Below, one piece after another: positions 13,309 to 25,185 of a stretch of 64,000 bases of DNA. Both the position numbers and the translations under genes were made by a program. The notes beneath the pieces are model-generated. The model was not told the origin of the DNA, did not search any database, and saw nothing but the letters and a program-made list of their open reading frames with translations. Positions within the stretch are counted from its first letter, which is position 1, and each line of letters opens with the position of its first letter. This stretch comes from Eukaryota sp. TZLM1-RC (Eukaryota; Protista; Metamonada: BaSk clade), in contig JAUPSS010000004.1 in assembly GCA_040285825.1 (NCBI GenBank), positions 1,654,550 to 1,718,549 on the forward strand. Direction: 5' to 3'.

Positions 13309-14095
13309 ATGGCACATCGATACGATTCACGCACTACGATCTTCTCTCCTGCTGGTCGTCTTTTCCAGGTTGAATATGCGATGGAAGCAATATCACATAC
13401 AGGCGCTTGTATAGGTGTTCTGTCAAAAGACGGCATAGTTCTTGTAGCCGAAAAGAAAGTTGCTGGTCAACTTTTAGATACATCCCGTCCTGAAAAACTT
13501 CTAACAATCGATGGTCACGTCGGCGCTGCGGTGGCTGGCATGACTGCTGATGCAAATGTCTTAGTTCAAGCAGCACGTACTGCTGCTCAGCGGTACCTCT
13601 TTGCCTATCAGGAACCAGTTCCCATTGAATACCTAGTACGAAGGGTGTGTGATGTGAAGCAATCATACACTCAGTTTGGTGGCCTTCGTCCCTATGGTGT
13701 TGCTTTCCTTTATGCTGGCTGGGACAAGCGTCATGGTTTTCAACTCTACCAAAGTGATCCATCGGGTAATTACACTGGATGGCACGCAACAGCCATTGGA
13801 AACAACTCTAGTGGAGCACTTACGATGTTGAGATCTGAATACCAGGAGAACTGCACTTTGGAGCAGGCAAGAGATCTCGCAATGAAAGTCTTGGCCAAGA
13901 CTGTTGAAGCTGTTTCATTGACCTCGGATAAGAGTATGATTTCCTTGATTCTCACTCACTTTAGTTGAAGTTGCTCTTTTGTCAAAGCCAACTGAGGACG
14001 GGCCTGTGGAATTTAGGACCTATAACAAATCAGAAGTTGAAGAATTGATTAAGCCAATTCTAGAAGAACGAGATGCTCGACTTTCATCAATGTAG
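13309..14095 (+). CDS. PSMA4: 20S proteasome subunit alpha3 (one 31-nt intron, 13934-13964)
   Basis: RYDSRTTIFSPAGRLFQVEYAMEAI and YTQFGGLRPYGV. Removing gtatga...ctcactttag restores KIEVALL and gives a stop at 14095. Confidence 0.96.
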
Positions 14096-14142
14096 ATAGT
14101 TTTTGGAAAATAAAAAGCACAATGTAAAAAAGTTTTTGTTTT

Positions 14143-16038
14143 TTAATCATCTTTATTGAGAGTTTTGTTTAAAAAAATTGACATTAATTCTTCCTCAAAA
14201 CGTTTGGAATTTTCAGTGTACCTTGATATTAATTCTACCAACTGAATTTGATCTACGTTATACTCTTTCCAACTATAGAAAATATTGATCTTGTCAAGTA
14301 AAGCAGAGACAACTTGGCATGTCAAATCAAGAACTTCTTCAAAACTCCGAATGTACAAAGGAATCAACACTGTGCAACAATTCAAAATGTAAGAAAATTG
14401 TTCAATACGTTGGAGTGCTAAATCAAAAACGTCATCAATCAAATCTGACTGAATTTCGGTTGAACTACATTGAAATCGAGACAATAATTCTATAAAATCT
14501 CCACCAAAACTTAATTTTACAATTACTTTGGAGGTAAAAAACCTTGAGTGATTAAGAAAAGCAACAATAGACCGAAAACAATGAGAAGATGATGAAACTT
14601 GATCCTCAGAATTAAAGAAACCAGATAACAAAGAGCTCGAGTTTGAGTTGTTCACAATTGGTAAAATTAATTCATCTTTATAGGGGTTCAAATCTTGTTG
14701 AAATAGTATAATTTGTTGCAACAAATACAAATTGGAATTAATTTCATCACAGTGATGTAAAAGAAAGTCACAAGACTTCCTGAGAGTGGCAAGACTTAAG
14801 TTGACTGCTGAGCTGGCAATTGATTGAAGATCACTTGTCCTTAAAATCCGACAATTTCGTGAAATTAATGACACAGAAGAAAGGATCACAGGATGACGTG
14901 GCAGAACGTCATCAGGTAGGTCAAGAAGAACTGAGGGGTAAACATCAGTAACATCTTCAGGAATTAAAGCAAGACGAGATCCAATTTCTTTGAAAGAAAA
15001 GTTTTGCAATTTGCTTTTAAAATTGGATAAATTTTGTTTAATAAACGGAACAAGGATAATATTCAAGACTTCATTTACAGCGTAATTATCAATAGCATCA
15101 ATTAAAACTCGACAAACTACTGAACAACTGTCAGAAGATTGGCAACTTTTCAAAACTTTCGCCAAATATTCATTGACCAATTGAGCAATTGAATTGAGAA
15201 AAAAGGATAATAAATTTGGTAATTCTAATAGACTATAAGACAAGTTTCTTTGAGCCAAAGCAAATTCAGCTTCAATTCTGGAAGAAATGATAGTACATAT
15301 AGAAGTGACTACAAAATCAAATGATTGTACAAAACTTTGTTTTTTGAAAATCTTATCCAAATCTTTTGCGGTTTGAGTAACGACATTACAATTTAATCTA
15401 AATTCGCCATATTTTTTGACAACTTCTTCTAAATGTTTAACAGCAAAAGGTCTACCAACAATAACTGAACAATAATCTGAAAGAACATCAGAAATAGGGG
15501 CATGAGGAGACATTGAATTAATACAAGAAAGGGCAAGCTTTGTTATGACTCTAAATCCTTTGGTAAGGTGATCTTGATAGGTAGTGATGTACTGTTGAGA
15601 GGCGACAAGGTTCTTGTTGGCTGAAAAGAAGGCAAGACACTCTTCGCAACGAGTCAGGGCCTGTGAAAACTCTTGAACAGAGCAAGAAAGGGTGGGTGAC
15701 TGAAAGATGTGACGAAGATCTTTAGCGTCCATGTAGAATTTTTTAACTAAAGAAACTTGAGACGAGAGTTTTACGAGTTGATCTTTCTCTTGAAGAAGCG
15801 GCATACACTGTTGTTGAAGAGTGAGAAGGGAACTAAAGATTTTGGAATAGTTGATACGGACCAGACGCATGTTATTCTGGGCATCTGTTATAATGTCCAA
15901 GGAATTAGTGAGGTGATTGTCCTTGTGCTTTAAAAGAGTGAGAAGGTCCCCAAGCTTGTTTTCTATTGAAAAAGTCATTAGATAAAACACAAAGTGTAAA
16001 AATAATTGAAGTATCATTTGTGTCACTTCAAATTTCAT
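14143..16038 (-). CDS. COG3: Conserved oligomeric Golgi complex subunit 3 (Sec34); true start may be the Met at 15978
   Basis: QSPTLSCS..F..LTRCEECLAFFSANKN and NLYLLQQIILFQQDLNPY resemble COG3 blocks (NSPTLSV..LDDCI, LFLIKHLLILREQIAPF). Confidence 0.7.
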   Translation of the reverse strand: MKFEVTQMILQLFLHFVFYLMTFSIENKLGDLLTLLKHKDNHLTNSLDIITDAQNNMRLVRINYSKIFSSLLTLQQQCMPLLQEKDQLVKLSSQVSLVKKFYMDAKDLRHIFQSPTLSCSVQEFSQALTRCEECLAFFSANKNLVASQQYITTYQDHLTKGFRVITKLALSCINSMSPHAPISDVLSDYCSVIVGRPFAVKHLEEVVKKYGEFRLNCNVVTQTAKDLDKIFKKQSFVQSFDFVVTSICTIISSRIEAEFALAQRNLSYSLLELPNLLSFFLNSIAQLVNEYLAKVLKSCQSSDSCSVVCRVLIDAIDNYAVNEVLNIILVPFIKQNLSNFKSKLQNFSFKEIGSRLALIPEDVTDVYPSVLLDLPDDVLPRHPVILSSVSLISRNCRILRTSDLQSIASSAVNLSLATLRKSCDFLLHHCDEINSNLYLLQQIILFQQDLNPYKDELILPIVNNSNSSSLLSGFFNSEDQVSSSSHCFRSIVAFLNHSRFFTSKVIVKLSFGGDFIELLSRFQCSSTEIQSDLIDDVFDLALQRIEQFSYILNCCTVLIPLYIRSFEEVLDLTCQVVSALLDKINIFYSWKEYNVDQIQLVELISRYTENSKRFEEELMSIFLNKTLNKDD

Positions 16039-16059
16039 TCATATATTTCAATCTATCAA

Positions 16060-17380
16060 TCCTCTCATCTCCACACCTTTGGCCCAAATGTTCAATGAAT
16101 TGTTTGCTAAAATTTTGTCTCAACTGATGTGGTGTAAAATGTCCCACATTCCTGATCATGCTTATCTAAGTCCACAACATCGTGGTTTAGCCTGGACTAA
16201 AGCCTCCATTCCTACTTCATGTGCTTTTATTCGTGGATGTAGAGATTCCATATTTGAGTTTTCAGAAAGATTTGCAGATTGGAAAGATATATTAGTGACA
16301 ACCCAATGTTCAACTTTTTCTGCATTGAATGAAGAAATTTCAAAAATCTGTTTTGATGCAAAGGTGGAGCTGGTTTGACATTATCACATTTATTCAATTG
16401 CAACTTATTTATTTCTTATCGCTCCACTTTGTATGTTGGTGTCAGCGATCAAATCCATGCAATGTGTAATTCCTATCATATTGAATCATTTGTAGAACCT
16501 TTGTTGAGGTCTCTTGACATAAATGAAAACGCAAGAAATTCAAAATATGGAAAACGATGCGCTGTTGCTGTTGTGCCCTCATTTGAGGATGTCTTGAAAG
16601 TTATTGATGTCGTAACAGTGGATGTTTGCAAGAATAAAATGCCTTGAAAAATGCACAATTCGAAGTATCCCCCCGGATGATTCAGAATTGTATAAGCGGA
16701 AGAAATATGTAAATACTTTGAAAGAATTGAAACATTTTTGTTTCGATACATATTTTATTCAAACAAAATTATAAAAAAACTAAAAATCACTCTCCTCTTA
16801 TTCCACAACTACTACAGAAAACTTACCTACAGCTTTTTCTTCATAAAAATTTCCTAGTGATAACAACGAGCTAGAAACAAGACTATATATTCCCCTAAAA
16901 TTAGAAAATACAATTCTGTTTTGCCAAAAGGTTCGGTCAAATATTCTTCCAGTTCTATTTTTGACAATAGATGAGAAATCGTCCAAGAAATATAGCGCAG
17001 TTTTACCCAAGGTTCCAAATAGAGATAAAGCAAAAGGACAAACAATGTATTGAGTATGTGTGTTGGAATTCAGACTATTGATTTTTTCTCTATACTTAAT
17101 AATATTCGCTTCTTCAGCTCTTCGTAAAAGTGAGTTATACGATTGTGCCAGTTTTTCATTTGAGCTGTTTGATACATCAAACATATTGAATTGAAACATG
17201 TTCGCCATGTGGATAACCAAATTTGCCCATTTGCTATATCGTTGTTTGGACGTCTTGGAAAAACTGCAATGAATTTAAAGATGATTTAAAAAAACTGGTA
17301 AAAAGAAGAATGAATACGCGTTTTGACCATCGTTTGTGGTTAAATCGTATTGTTTTTACCATTTTTAAAACAATTCTAAC
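16060..17380 (+). mobile_element. Internally deleted RLE non-LTR retrotransposon (family D), interrupted by a nested insertion
   Basis: HLFNC, ESFVEPLL, VIDVVTVD and KRKKY..LKELKH continue after the insert as VRHVDNQICPFAISLFG..LWLNRIVF. Confidence 0.7.
16736..17187 (-). mobile_element. 5'-truncated non-LTR retrotransposon with 12-bp target-site duplication
   Basis: RLE C-terminal ORF (CPFALSLFG, FWQNRIVF) flanked by GAATTGAAACAT at 16724-16735 and 17188-17199. Confidence 0.8.
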
Positions 17381-17384
17381 TAGC

Positions 17385-17515
17385 TGTACTGATGATAGAG
17401 ATGATATTCACTGTGATTGGATCGATAACCCTGAAGTTATTGTTGATTTTGTTTCCTCTCATGTTACAAATGACATTTTGGTTCAAAGAAGGAAACCGGA
17501 TCGCGTCGATGTTTG
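17385..17515 (+). mobile_element. Internal fragment of family A non-LTR retrotransposon
   Basis: DDRDDIHCDWIDNPEVIVDFVS..NDILVQRRK matches the ORF at 3-545. Confidence 0.7.
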
Positions 17516-18101
17516 ACTAGAAAAATGTTACAATTAGAAACCATGATATAGATGTTCCAGGCTGTTGTGTCAGTTTCTGAAGATTAAGCATGCATGTTAG
17601 AACGTCAACTTGTGCTCTTACCAGTGATCCCTACGTTGTTGTTGAGAATAAAGTAGAGTTATCCGATGGCAATTAAAATATGCGGACAGTAAATTACCTA
17701 TGATCTATTGATGTTTATTTGAATATAGCTGAACAAATTGCCGAAAATTGATCACAAAATGGATTATCTGTCTTTTTTGGTTTTATTATAAATTGTTGCT
17801 GATTAAATATCGTCGTCAATGATTTAATTTTTACGAATAAAAACATATATTAAAACATTTGTTTAATAAAGAATTGCTGTAACATTTGTCAAGACTATTG
17901 GACAAAGGATAGTTTAATCGTTTTTTTTTGCTTTTTATTACGTTATAAAAGCAGCACGTTCCTGAAACAAACACATTCTTATTGGAATTCTTCTTTTAAA
18001 AAAATACAGAGAAAAACTAAAAAGAAAGTAGCCACAGATAGCTCTAGAACAACTTAAACGATGGTTCAGCTCAATGAAAGAATGGTTATAAAAAGACTGG
18101 A

Positions 18102-18706
18102 CCACTCATCAATAGATGTTTATGACGTGCAGAAATTGAATCATTATCTGCTTGAAATATCAACTATCGGTGACTATAAGGACTATGAAGGTAATAACGT
18201 AAGACGATCATTGCTAAAGCAGCAATTATATCTGAGTGGTCGAAAAGCATTGAGGAGAAACACATTGGACTTCTTTATAAGAAAACAGTAAAGATTCAGC
18301 TCCATTATCAACAAAGTGAAAAAATTTGCAGACGGTCGAGAAGTAAAGGTGTGGTTTGGCAGTGTGGTTTGGAAGTAAAGGTGTGGAGGTGGTGGTACAT
18401 CACGTCAAAAAGTGAAAACTCCACGTAAGGCGTTTCTCAAGTTGTTACAATGTTCATTTGCTAATGTGAAGATCGGAGATGAATATACGACATCTGCAAA
18501 GGTGAACTGACATTTCTGCATCACTGAATCAGCTAGAAATTGCAATTAGTGAGCACTACTATGGAACACGACCAGTAGCGTTCCAGAGACCACAGAGAAA
18601 CTAGCTTCAAAGCCATGTTTTGTTCTAGAGGAGAAATGGGCGCTGAAATTGGTCGCCGCTTAATCGACGATCTAAAACGTCGATGCAGAATGAAAGTTCT
18701 CTGCAT
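18102..18706 (+). mobile_element. Fanzor1 family F2 3' fragment with structured right end
   Basis: Near-identical to 21793-22365(-): LRRNTLDFFIRKQ, VWFG, GDEY.TS and ASLNQLEIA. Zn finger deleted at ~18510. Hairpins at 18663-18684 and 18683-18706. Confidence 0.82.
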
Positions 18707-18751
18707 TTTTTATTTGAAATTCCACATCCATCCAACATTGGTTCTTAGATC

Positions 18752-19064
18752 ATGAGCCAACCCGTCAATCCTACACCCTTTCTTAATAGTCTTGTTGGTA
18801 AGCTTATACTTGTGAAGCTTAAATGGGGTCCAGAATTCAAGGGCATTCTTATATCGACTGACCGGTATATGAACCTTCAAGTATGCCGGACAATTACAGC
18901 TCAACTAAACACAGATGGCCAATACAGAGGAATTTGTTTCTGGACAACTCAAAGGCAATATCGGTGAGATACTGATTCGCTGCAACAACATCTTATACAT
19001 CCGTGGTCTTGAAGAACAAGAAGAAGGAGAAGCTGAAGAACCAGAAAGGACGTGGGATATGTAG
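18752..19064 (+). CDS. SNRPF: Small nuclear ribonucleoprotein SmF (34-nt intron, 18881-18914)
   Basis: [29 protein letters not shown] joined to [21 protein letters not shown]. Confidence 0.95.
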
Positions 19065-19209
19065 TAATTTTAAATGGGTTTCAATGTGTTGACACAAGAA
19101 ATATAATGAAATTGTATTTAGATTGATTAAATGGAGAATAAACCTTTTGCAAACTGTACAACAAATGAAATAAATAATAAATATTGTTTAAATAAAATAA
19201 TCACAATAA

Positions 19210-21573
19210 TCAAAATAGCAAAAAGGAATAATTAGCAAGCTCAGCCTCAATGATATCACTACAATCAATCAAAGTTTCCTTTACAACAGTCTGGTCATGG
19301 CCACGTGTTAAGACGTCAACGCATGCATCAAAAAGACTGGCAGTTTCACTGGATAAACATTCGACAAATCCAGTAAAAACTTTTTTGAAAAACATAATTT
19401 CACAAATTTCTTGAACTAGTGAAAGTTCTGAAGTTTGGGTAACCTCTGACAGTTCACTTGATTCGGAAATCTGATCTAATTCGTCTTCTAAATTGCGTAA
19501 GTAAGTGCAGCAAGTCAATAACTTATTGGCAACAGCAAAAATTAGTCTGCAGAACAAAACATCTATTGAGTTGAATGAATAACCAAATAGGAAACTGTTG
19601 ATTGAAAGAAAATAGACAAGTAATTCAACAACATAATTTCTTATTCCAGTAAATTGGCCAAAGGAAAAGACCTCAGGTGAAGTGTGAGAGTCTTCACAAC
19701 CCAAACCTTGGTCAATAAGCATAAACAAGTTGAATGAGTAAAATTCAACTAGCGAATTTAAGACAAAATTCTTTGACTTGACTAAACTTGACAAAAGTAA
19801 AGAAACTTCCATTTTTGCGTATCTTTCATCAATAAATTTCGGGTAATTTAATAATAAATCCAAAAACTTCCCTTCACATTGCCCCAATAATGAACAATCT
19901 TTAAACAAGAGAGCCAACCTCCTTGCTACCTCAGAATCAACATCTAATGGTCGAAATGAAGGTGAACTAACTACAGGTGATAAAACATCAGAATTTTCAG
20001 TGTTGGATAGTACTTGAGGAATGTTTTTCAACATTCCTGATACCACAAACCTCAATTCATTCACAGAAACACTCCAACCATCTGTCAATTCAGAAAGCAA
20101 AGATAGTCTTTTTTCAAGAAATTTGAAAAGAAAATCATATCTATTGTCATCAGAGGCGGCGTCTTCAGAAATAGACAAGCTATTATCACTTGAATGGGTT
20201 AGGGAAGTGCTAAATTTTGTAAACAAATCTCTGGAGAAATCAACTTTTAATCTTCTAAACAATTCAGAGAAGCAATCATTCAATAATGAAGAAAAAACCT
20301 TGACATTGGTGTAAAAAATGGAGAAATCTTTTAATAAAACAACCAACTCAATCAAAACTTTGGTTGATGGCGGTCGAATGACGTCATCAGATTGCTGAAA
20401 TTGGCAAGTCGACACTGAAAGAGGGGTTAATTCGAGATGTTTTTGCCTGGAAACTTTGACTGGTGAATCAGCCTTAATTAACAATAAACTTCGCAAATGT
20501 TCAGATAGAGAATTCATAATGAAAAGAAAAGAATTGGAGTATAAATTACTTAAATAAGGTCTAATTTTGCTGGAAAACTCTCCTAAATGCGACTGTAACT
20601 CAAACAAAATTTCACAGCAATGTAAACGTGAATTAATCAATGATGATACATATGTCAAGAAAATTTCATCGTCGTCATTGTCGTCAAAAACTTCATCAGA
20701 GCCATAGCCGTCGTATAAAAAGTCCATATTGTCAGAAAAATGGACTCTATGATGGTAAGGTACCTGGGAAACTGATTGATTAAGTGATTGATTGAGATTT
20801 TGATTGAACTCAGATTGAAATTGAGAGTCCTTTTCTGTGATTTGAGCTACTACAGCTTTTGCTAGAAGTGAAAATAACCAAAATTTGGCATTTGTTCTGG
20901 GCACCGGTATTTCTGACCCTTTTATGAGCTCTTCCTCTCCAGTTTTGATCTCTTCACTGTCAGGGATCCCCAGTTCAGAAAGATGGCTGATAACTTGGAA
21001 ACAATTGGTTTTTTCGACATTTAAATAAATGATTTTTTTATATAATAAAATTCTAATTTCTTCAAGAGAATTTGACAATTTTTGATCAATGACTTGAGCA
21101 TTAAATGAAGAAACCGATTTCAATTGTTTGAAGGAAGAGCAAATTGACTCAAAGTCCATAATCTCAATTGACTGACGAAGACTTTCCTGGAGCTTCGAAA
21201 GACCGTACCTTCGCTCATGAAACTGGCGAAGATTCTTGGCAACAACGAGTGCTCTGTACTTCTTGAACAGTGGTTCGTATGTTTCTTGTGCTATAGTCTT
21301 TTGTTCACCCAACTTATAACAGAGGTTGTTAAGTCTGTATCGAAAGGAGTCATCAAATAGTGTTGAAAGAAGATCTACTGCTTGTTTGTAAGTCACAAGA
21401 CTGTCAAAGTGACGTTTTACAAGAGAACGAATGCCAGTTTCCTTGTCATCAATGCCAAGTGCTAGCGATGATGCAAGTTCTTCAAGTTCTTCTCTGGAAG
21501 TATGTTGTAGTTCACTGCTGAACCATTCAGGTTCTTTAAAGGCTGGTGTATTCGGTATATTGAGGTCTTCCAT
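19210..21573 (-). CDS. EXOC2: Exocyst component Sec5
   Basis: 787 aa. HTSREEL..L...I..IRSLVKRHFDSLV..KQAVD and GIRNYVVELLVYF resemble Sec5 conserved blocks. Confidence 0.7.
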   Translation of the reverse strand: MEDLNIPNTPAFKEPEWFSSELQHTSREELEELASSLALGIDDKETGIRSLVKRHFDSLVTYKQAVDLLSTLFDDSFRYRLNNLCYKLGEQKTIAQETYEPLFKKYRALVVAKNLRQFHERRYGLSKLQESLRQSIEIMDFESICSSFKQLKSVSSFNAQVIDQKLSNSLEEIRILLYKKIIYLNVEKTNCFQVISHLSELGIPDSEEIKTGEEELIKGSEIPVPRTNAKFWLFSLLAKAVVAQITEKDSQFQSEFNQNLNQSLNQSVSQVPYHHRVHFSDNMDFLYDGYGSDEVFDDNDDDEIFLTYVSSLINSRLHCCEILFELQSHLGEFSSKIRPYLSNLYSNSFLFIMNSLSEHLRSLLLIKADSPVKVSRQKHLELTPLSVSTCQFQQSDDVIRPPSTKVLIELVVLLKDFSIFYTNVKVFSSLLNDCFSELFRRLKVDFSRDLFTKFSTSLTHSSDNSLSISEDAASDDNRYDFLFKFLEKRLSLLSELTDGWSVSVNELRFVVSGMLKNIPQVLSNTENSDVLSPVVSSPSFRPLDVDSEVARRLALLFKDCSLLGQCEGKFLDLLLNYPKFIDERYAKMEVSLLLSSLVKSKNFVLNSLVEFYSFNLFMLIDQGLGCEDSHTSPEVFSFGQFTGIRNYVVELLVYFLSINSFLFGYSFNSIDVLFCRLIFAVANKLLTCCTYLRNLEDELDQISESSELSEVTQTSELSLVQEICEIMFFKKVFTGFVECLSSETASLFDACVDVLTRGHDQTVVKETLIDCSDIIEAELANYSFLLF

Positions 21574-21635
21574 TTGGTTGTTTAAGAATTTGAAATAATG
21601 TAAAGTTTATTTCTTCAAGATGCTTCAGTAGTTTT

Positions 21636-21795
21636 CATGTGAAATGCATACTTTCGTCAAGCATCATTCAAACTTATTCCAAGAACTTATATCCTTGGTG
21701 AGATCGTCCACAGACGTTCTAGAATCCTCGAATAATTGGCCACCAATCTCAGTGAGCCCATTTCTCCTCTGGAACAATACGTAGCTTTAAAGCTA
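21636..21795 (-). ncRNA. Putative Fanzor omegaRNA scaffold (family F2)
   Basis: About 160 nt after the stop codon are conserved with 42175-42335, ending abruptly at GCATTTCAsATG. Stems CCAAGGA/TTCTTGG and ATGC..AC-GAAA-GT..GCAT. Confidence 0.6.
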
Positions 21796-23600
21796 GTTTC
21801 TTTGTCGTCTCTGGAACGCTTCTGATCTTGTTCCATAGTAGTGCTCACTAATTGCAATTTCTAGCTGATTTAGTGATGCAGAAATGTCTCTAGACCATAC
21901 TTGATTACATCCCGGACAACTGAAATAGGCGTTGTGAACTTTAACTTCACCATCAACTTCTCGATAGATCTTTTGGTGTGGCATCTTGCAGCAGTTCACC
22001 TTTGCAGATGTCATATATTCATCTCCGATCTTCACATTATCAAATGAACATTGTAGCAACCTGAGAAACGCCTTACGTGGTGTTTTCACTTTTGGACGTG
22101 ATGTACCACCACCTCCATTGCCAAACCACACCTTTACTTCTCGACCGTCTGCAAATTTTTTCACTTTATTGATAATGGAGCTGTTATCTTTACTGTTTTC
22201 TTATAAAGAAGTCCAATGTGTTTCGACCACTCAGATATAATTGCTGCTTTAGCAATGATCGTCTTACGTTATTACCTTCATAGTCCTTATAGTCACCGAT
22301 AGTTGATATTTCAAGCAGATAATGGTTCAATTTCTGCACGTCATAAACATCTATTGATGAGTGGATCAGTGAAGCGGAGTGATTGATTTTTCGTCACTTT
22401 GATGCCAAGAAGATATTGGATACAGTTGGCCCTGAATGTGTTCCAATGCTGGAACCACATAGATTTGAGTGGTTGATGGCCTAGAACACCTTTTCCATTT
22501 CGTCATCAGGTACCTGCCACTCAGTAGCTTTTGCTTTCTGGTGAGGTCTTGGCCGTTCAACCTGGGCTTGCAGGGTATGTTTTCTAATCCGAGTGGTTTC
22601 GTAGTAATCAAGTTTCCCTCTGGATCTCTTATAAGACAAGGCTTCTCCAGACAATCTCACACCTGTTGCTTTGGAGTGCGGTTTGAAAGTTATACGGACA
22701 CTATCACCATTAGAAGACATGGTGTAGTCATTAGCTTTTGTTTTAAACAATAAATAAGGGTTTTTCAAAATTGTTGGTGATGTGTTTTTGGCGATCAAAT
22801 GGTTGAGGACCCATATGGAAAAAGAAACAAAAGCATGCTTCAAACTATCGATGAAGCTGAGTGTTTGTTGTCTGAAAGTATGCGGAAAGGCTTGCTCCAT
22901 GTGGTTTGGATTGTTAATCCACAAGGAGCGACGTAGGTACCATTCCCTTGATTAAGAGTCATTCTACAGGAACAAAGAAGAGTGTTGTATCTTTGCGTAT
23001 CTACAACCAAGAAGTTCAATACAATGACAGCCATTGTATGGTGTGTTTTGAACCAAGAAGGAAGAGGTTCCCGAAAATTCGCGTTGTTGTGGAGTACATA
23101 GCCAGCTTAAGTGGCTGGTGCAGGGCAGGTATGACCTACTACATATGAGCGGAAGAAGTTTAGCTTCCAAGACACAAGACCATCAGCTAGTAGTTGGTGG
23201 TAGTTGACTTGCAGCTGGCGGCACTTTGCTTCCACTAGTTGTTGGAGAGGCCTACTAGTAGATAGTGTATGATTATGACCTTTTCTTGACAAAAACAACA
23301 CATCCAACGACATGATGAAGAGATTCGCTGGAGCTTCTTATACACATAACCTTTGCCAAGTCTGTTGAATGGATGCCTCACTTTTGGCTCAGAGACCGCC
23401 GCAAAGTCAAGACAATTGATCCAGAATTGATGCTGAGTCCGGAAATGGCTGTTTTCAGGGAAGCGTACAACAATAACTCTGGTCAGTTTTCCATCAATAT
23501 ATTCACATACTGGCCGCTCAAAAAACCGATGAAGAGAACAGACACGTGTCCATTACTGCATAGATCTTACTGGAATTGGAAGGTGCACATACAATCAAAA
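21636..23600 (-). mobile_element. Fanzor1 family F2, near full-length pseudogenised element
   Basis: YTMSSNGDSVRITF, AI-NHSNLCG (RuvC-I with DP deleted), VWFGNGGG, GDEYMTSAKVNCC, FSCPGC and WSRDISASLN. Multiple stops and frameshifts. Left boundary approximate. Confidence 0.85.
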
Positions 23601-24489
23601 ATGATTGATTTCTGAGTTTCAGTTTCAAAATGTGGTTAACTTTCAACTTTTTACATCCTCAAAATGATACAACATAAACAAACCGATAAATAGAAACATT
23701 TATTACAGATAAGGACCTGCTTCAATCATTTTTTTCCCAAAAACTAGTGATGTGATGTCAAATTTGATAAAATTGTGGTTAATTACAGCAGTTGTTTGTT
23801 TAGTCTTGGGTGTTTGTAGATTCCATGAGTTCGTATAAAGTTTTGAAGTTTAACTCTTTCAGTCAGTTTTTACCTAGTGTAATTGTCAGGTTTGTTGTTG
23901 CTTATACATACTTCTCGTAAAACACAACACCCGTCTCTTCCTTCCCATTTCCTTCCCTCTTTCAGGAGGTACCTTTCACTGACGGAAATAGCTAACAAAA
24001 GACAGGCAGTAGAAGCACTACAGGCTATTTTCGAACCTAAACTCGAATCTATTGCAGATCGTCCATCCTAAGCTGCGCCAACAACTTCTGATATGCCACC
24101 CCATCCAACTGCATTCCTTGCTGGTTTTCTTTTTGGCGCTCCCCCACCTTTACCTCCACTTTCTCTTCTGAATTTCAGATAAATCTCTTCAACTGTTTTC
24201 CTTCATCAGCTGTAATTTTCGGCCTTCTTTGCAATGTCTAAAAATCCATTGTTAAACCTTATTGACAGGTTCTTTCCTCAGGAGAAGGAACACCCGAAGG
24301 AACACCGCACTTTGTTAAATGCAGAATCAGAATTTGATTCTAGAATCACTCAACATTCGTTTGGAAACTTAGATAACCAAGCACTAAATCCTTCTAATTT
24401 TGAGGAGCAATTAACAAAATCTGGATGTGAAATAAAATTAGATGATATTGATAACCAATTGAAATTAACGAGTCTATTACAAATTTCCA

Positions 24490-24670
24490 ATTTAAAGAGA
24501 AGAACTAAAAGATATCAACAGATTGATTTGGCAAAATAGAATTGTGTTTCCTATTTTTAAGGGGATGTTGAAGACGGTTTCTAATGCTTCGCTTTCTCTT
24601 GTATATCACTATGAGAGAGTTGCATCTAGTGATTTTGTTTTGCGAGAGATAAAGTCCTTAGATTTATTTT
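24490..24670 (+). mobile_element. Short 3' fragment of family B non-LTR retrotransposon
   Basis: WQNRIVFPIFKGMLK..ERVASS matches 28575-28750. Confidence 0.7.
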
Positions 24671-25185
24671 CGTTACGACTTTTTAGGCGACTATCACACA
24701 TGTTGTTTAATATTTTCTGCTTTATCAATTTTTTCCGTTTCTTGGTCTATTCGAATCCGGATATCATATCATGACGCATCAAATGCCAGATTGAACCAGA
24801 ATGTCTACGGCTTGTTTTAAGCTGGTGGAAAGGTTTTGTCAGATCATCTATGTTATAAGTTTGTTGTTCAGTAGTAACATTTCAAAGAACAGGATCAGTT
24901 GCAATTTGAAGACTGACACATGAATGTAATGATTGAAGGGTCAACTTATGATAATAGAATGGGATAGGGTGAAAATTGTTTCATTAAACACACCTAAATT
25001 GAAAATGATCATGTGTAAGAATCGTCCTATTTGATTTTTACTGTTCAAAATACAACTTATCTTAGTTTTCATCAGTAGTGGAAAGTTATTGATTCAAAAA
25101 AATTATTTGATTAAAAAAAGGAATGAAAACTATATTTTATAACTAAAATATCTTAAATAATCACTGAAACTGCAAGCCGTCCCTC

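Noticed and set aside
16798-17516. Apparent third head-to-head retrotransposon fusion
   Set aside because: Explained by a nested insertion with a 12-bp TSD.
17578-17600. AAGATTAAGCATGCATGT resembles the 5' end of 18S rRNA
   Set aside because: Only about 17 nt with an indel; the flanks have no rRNA similarity.
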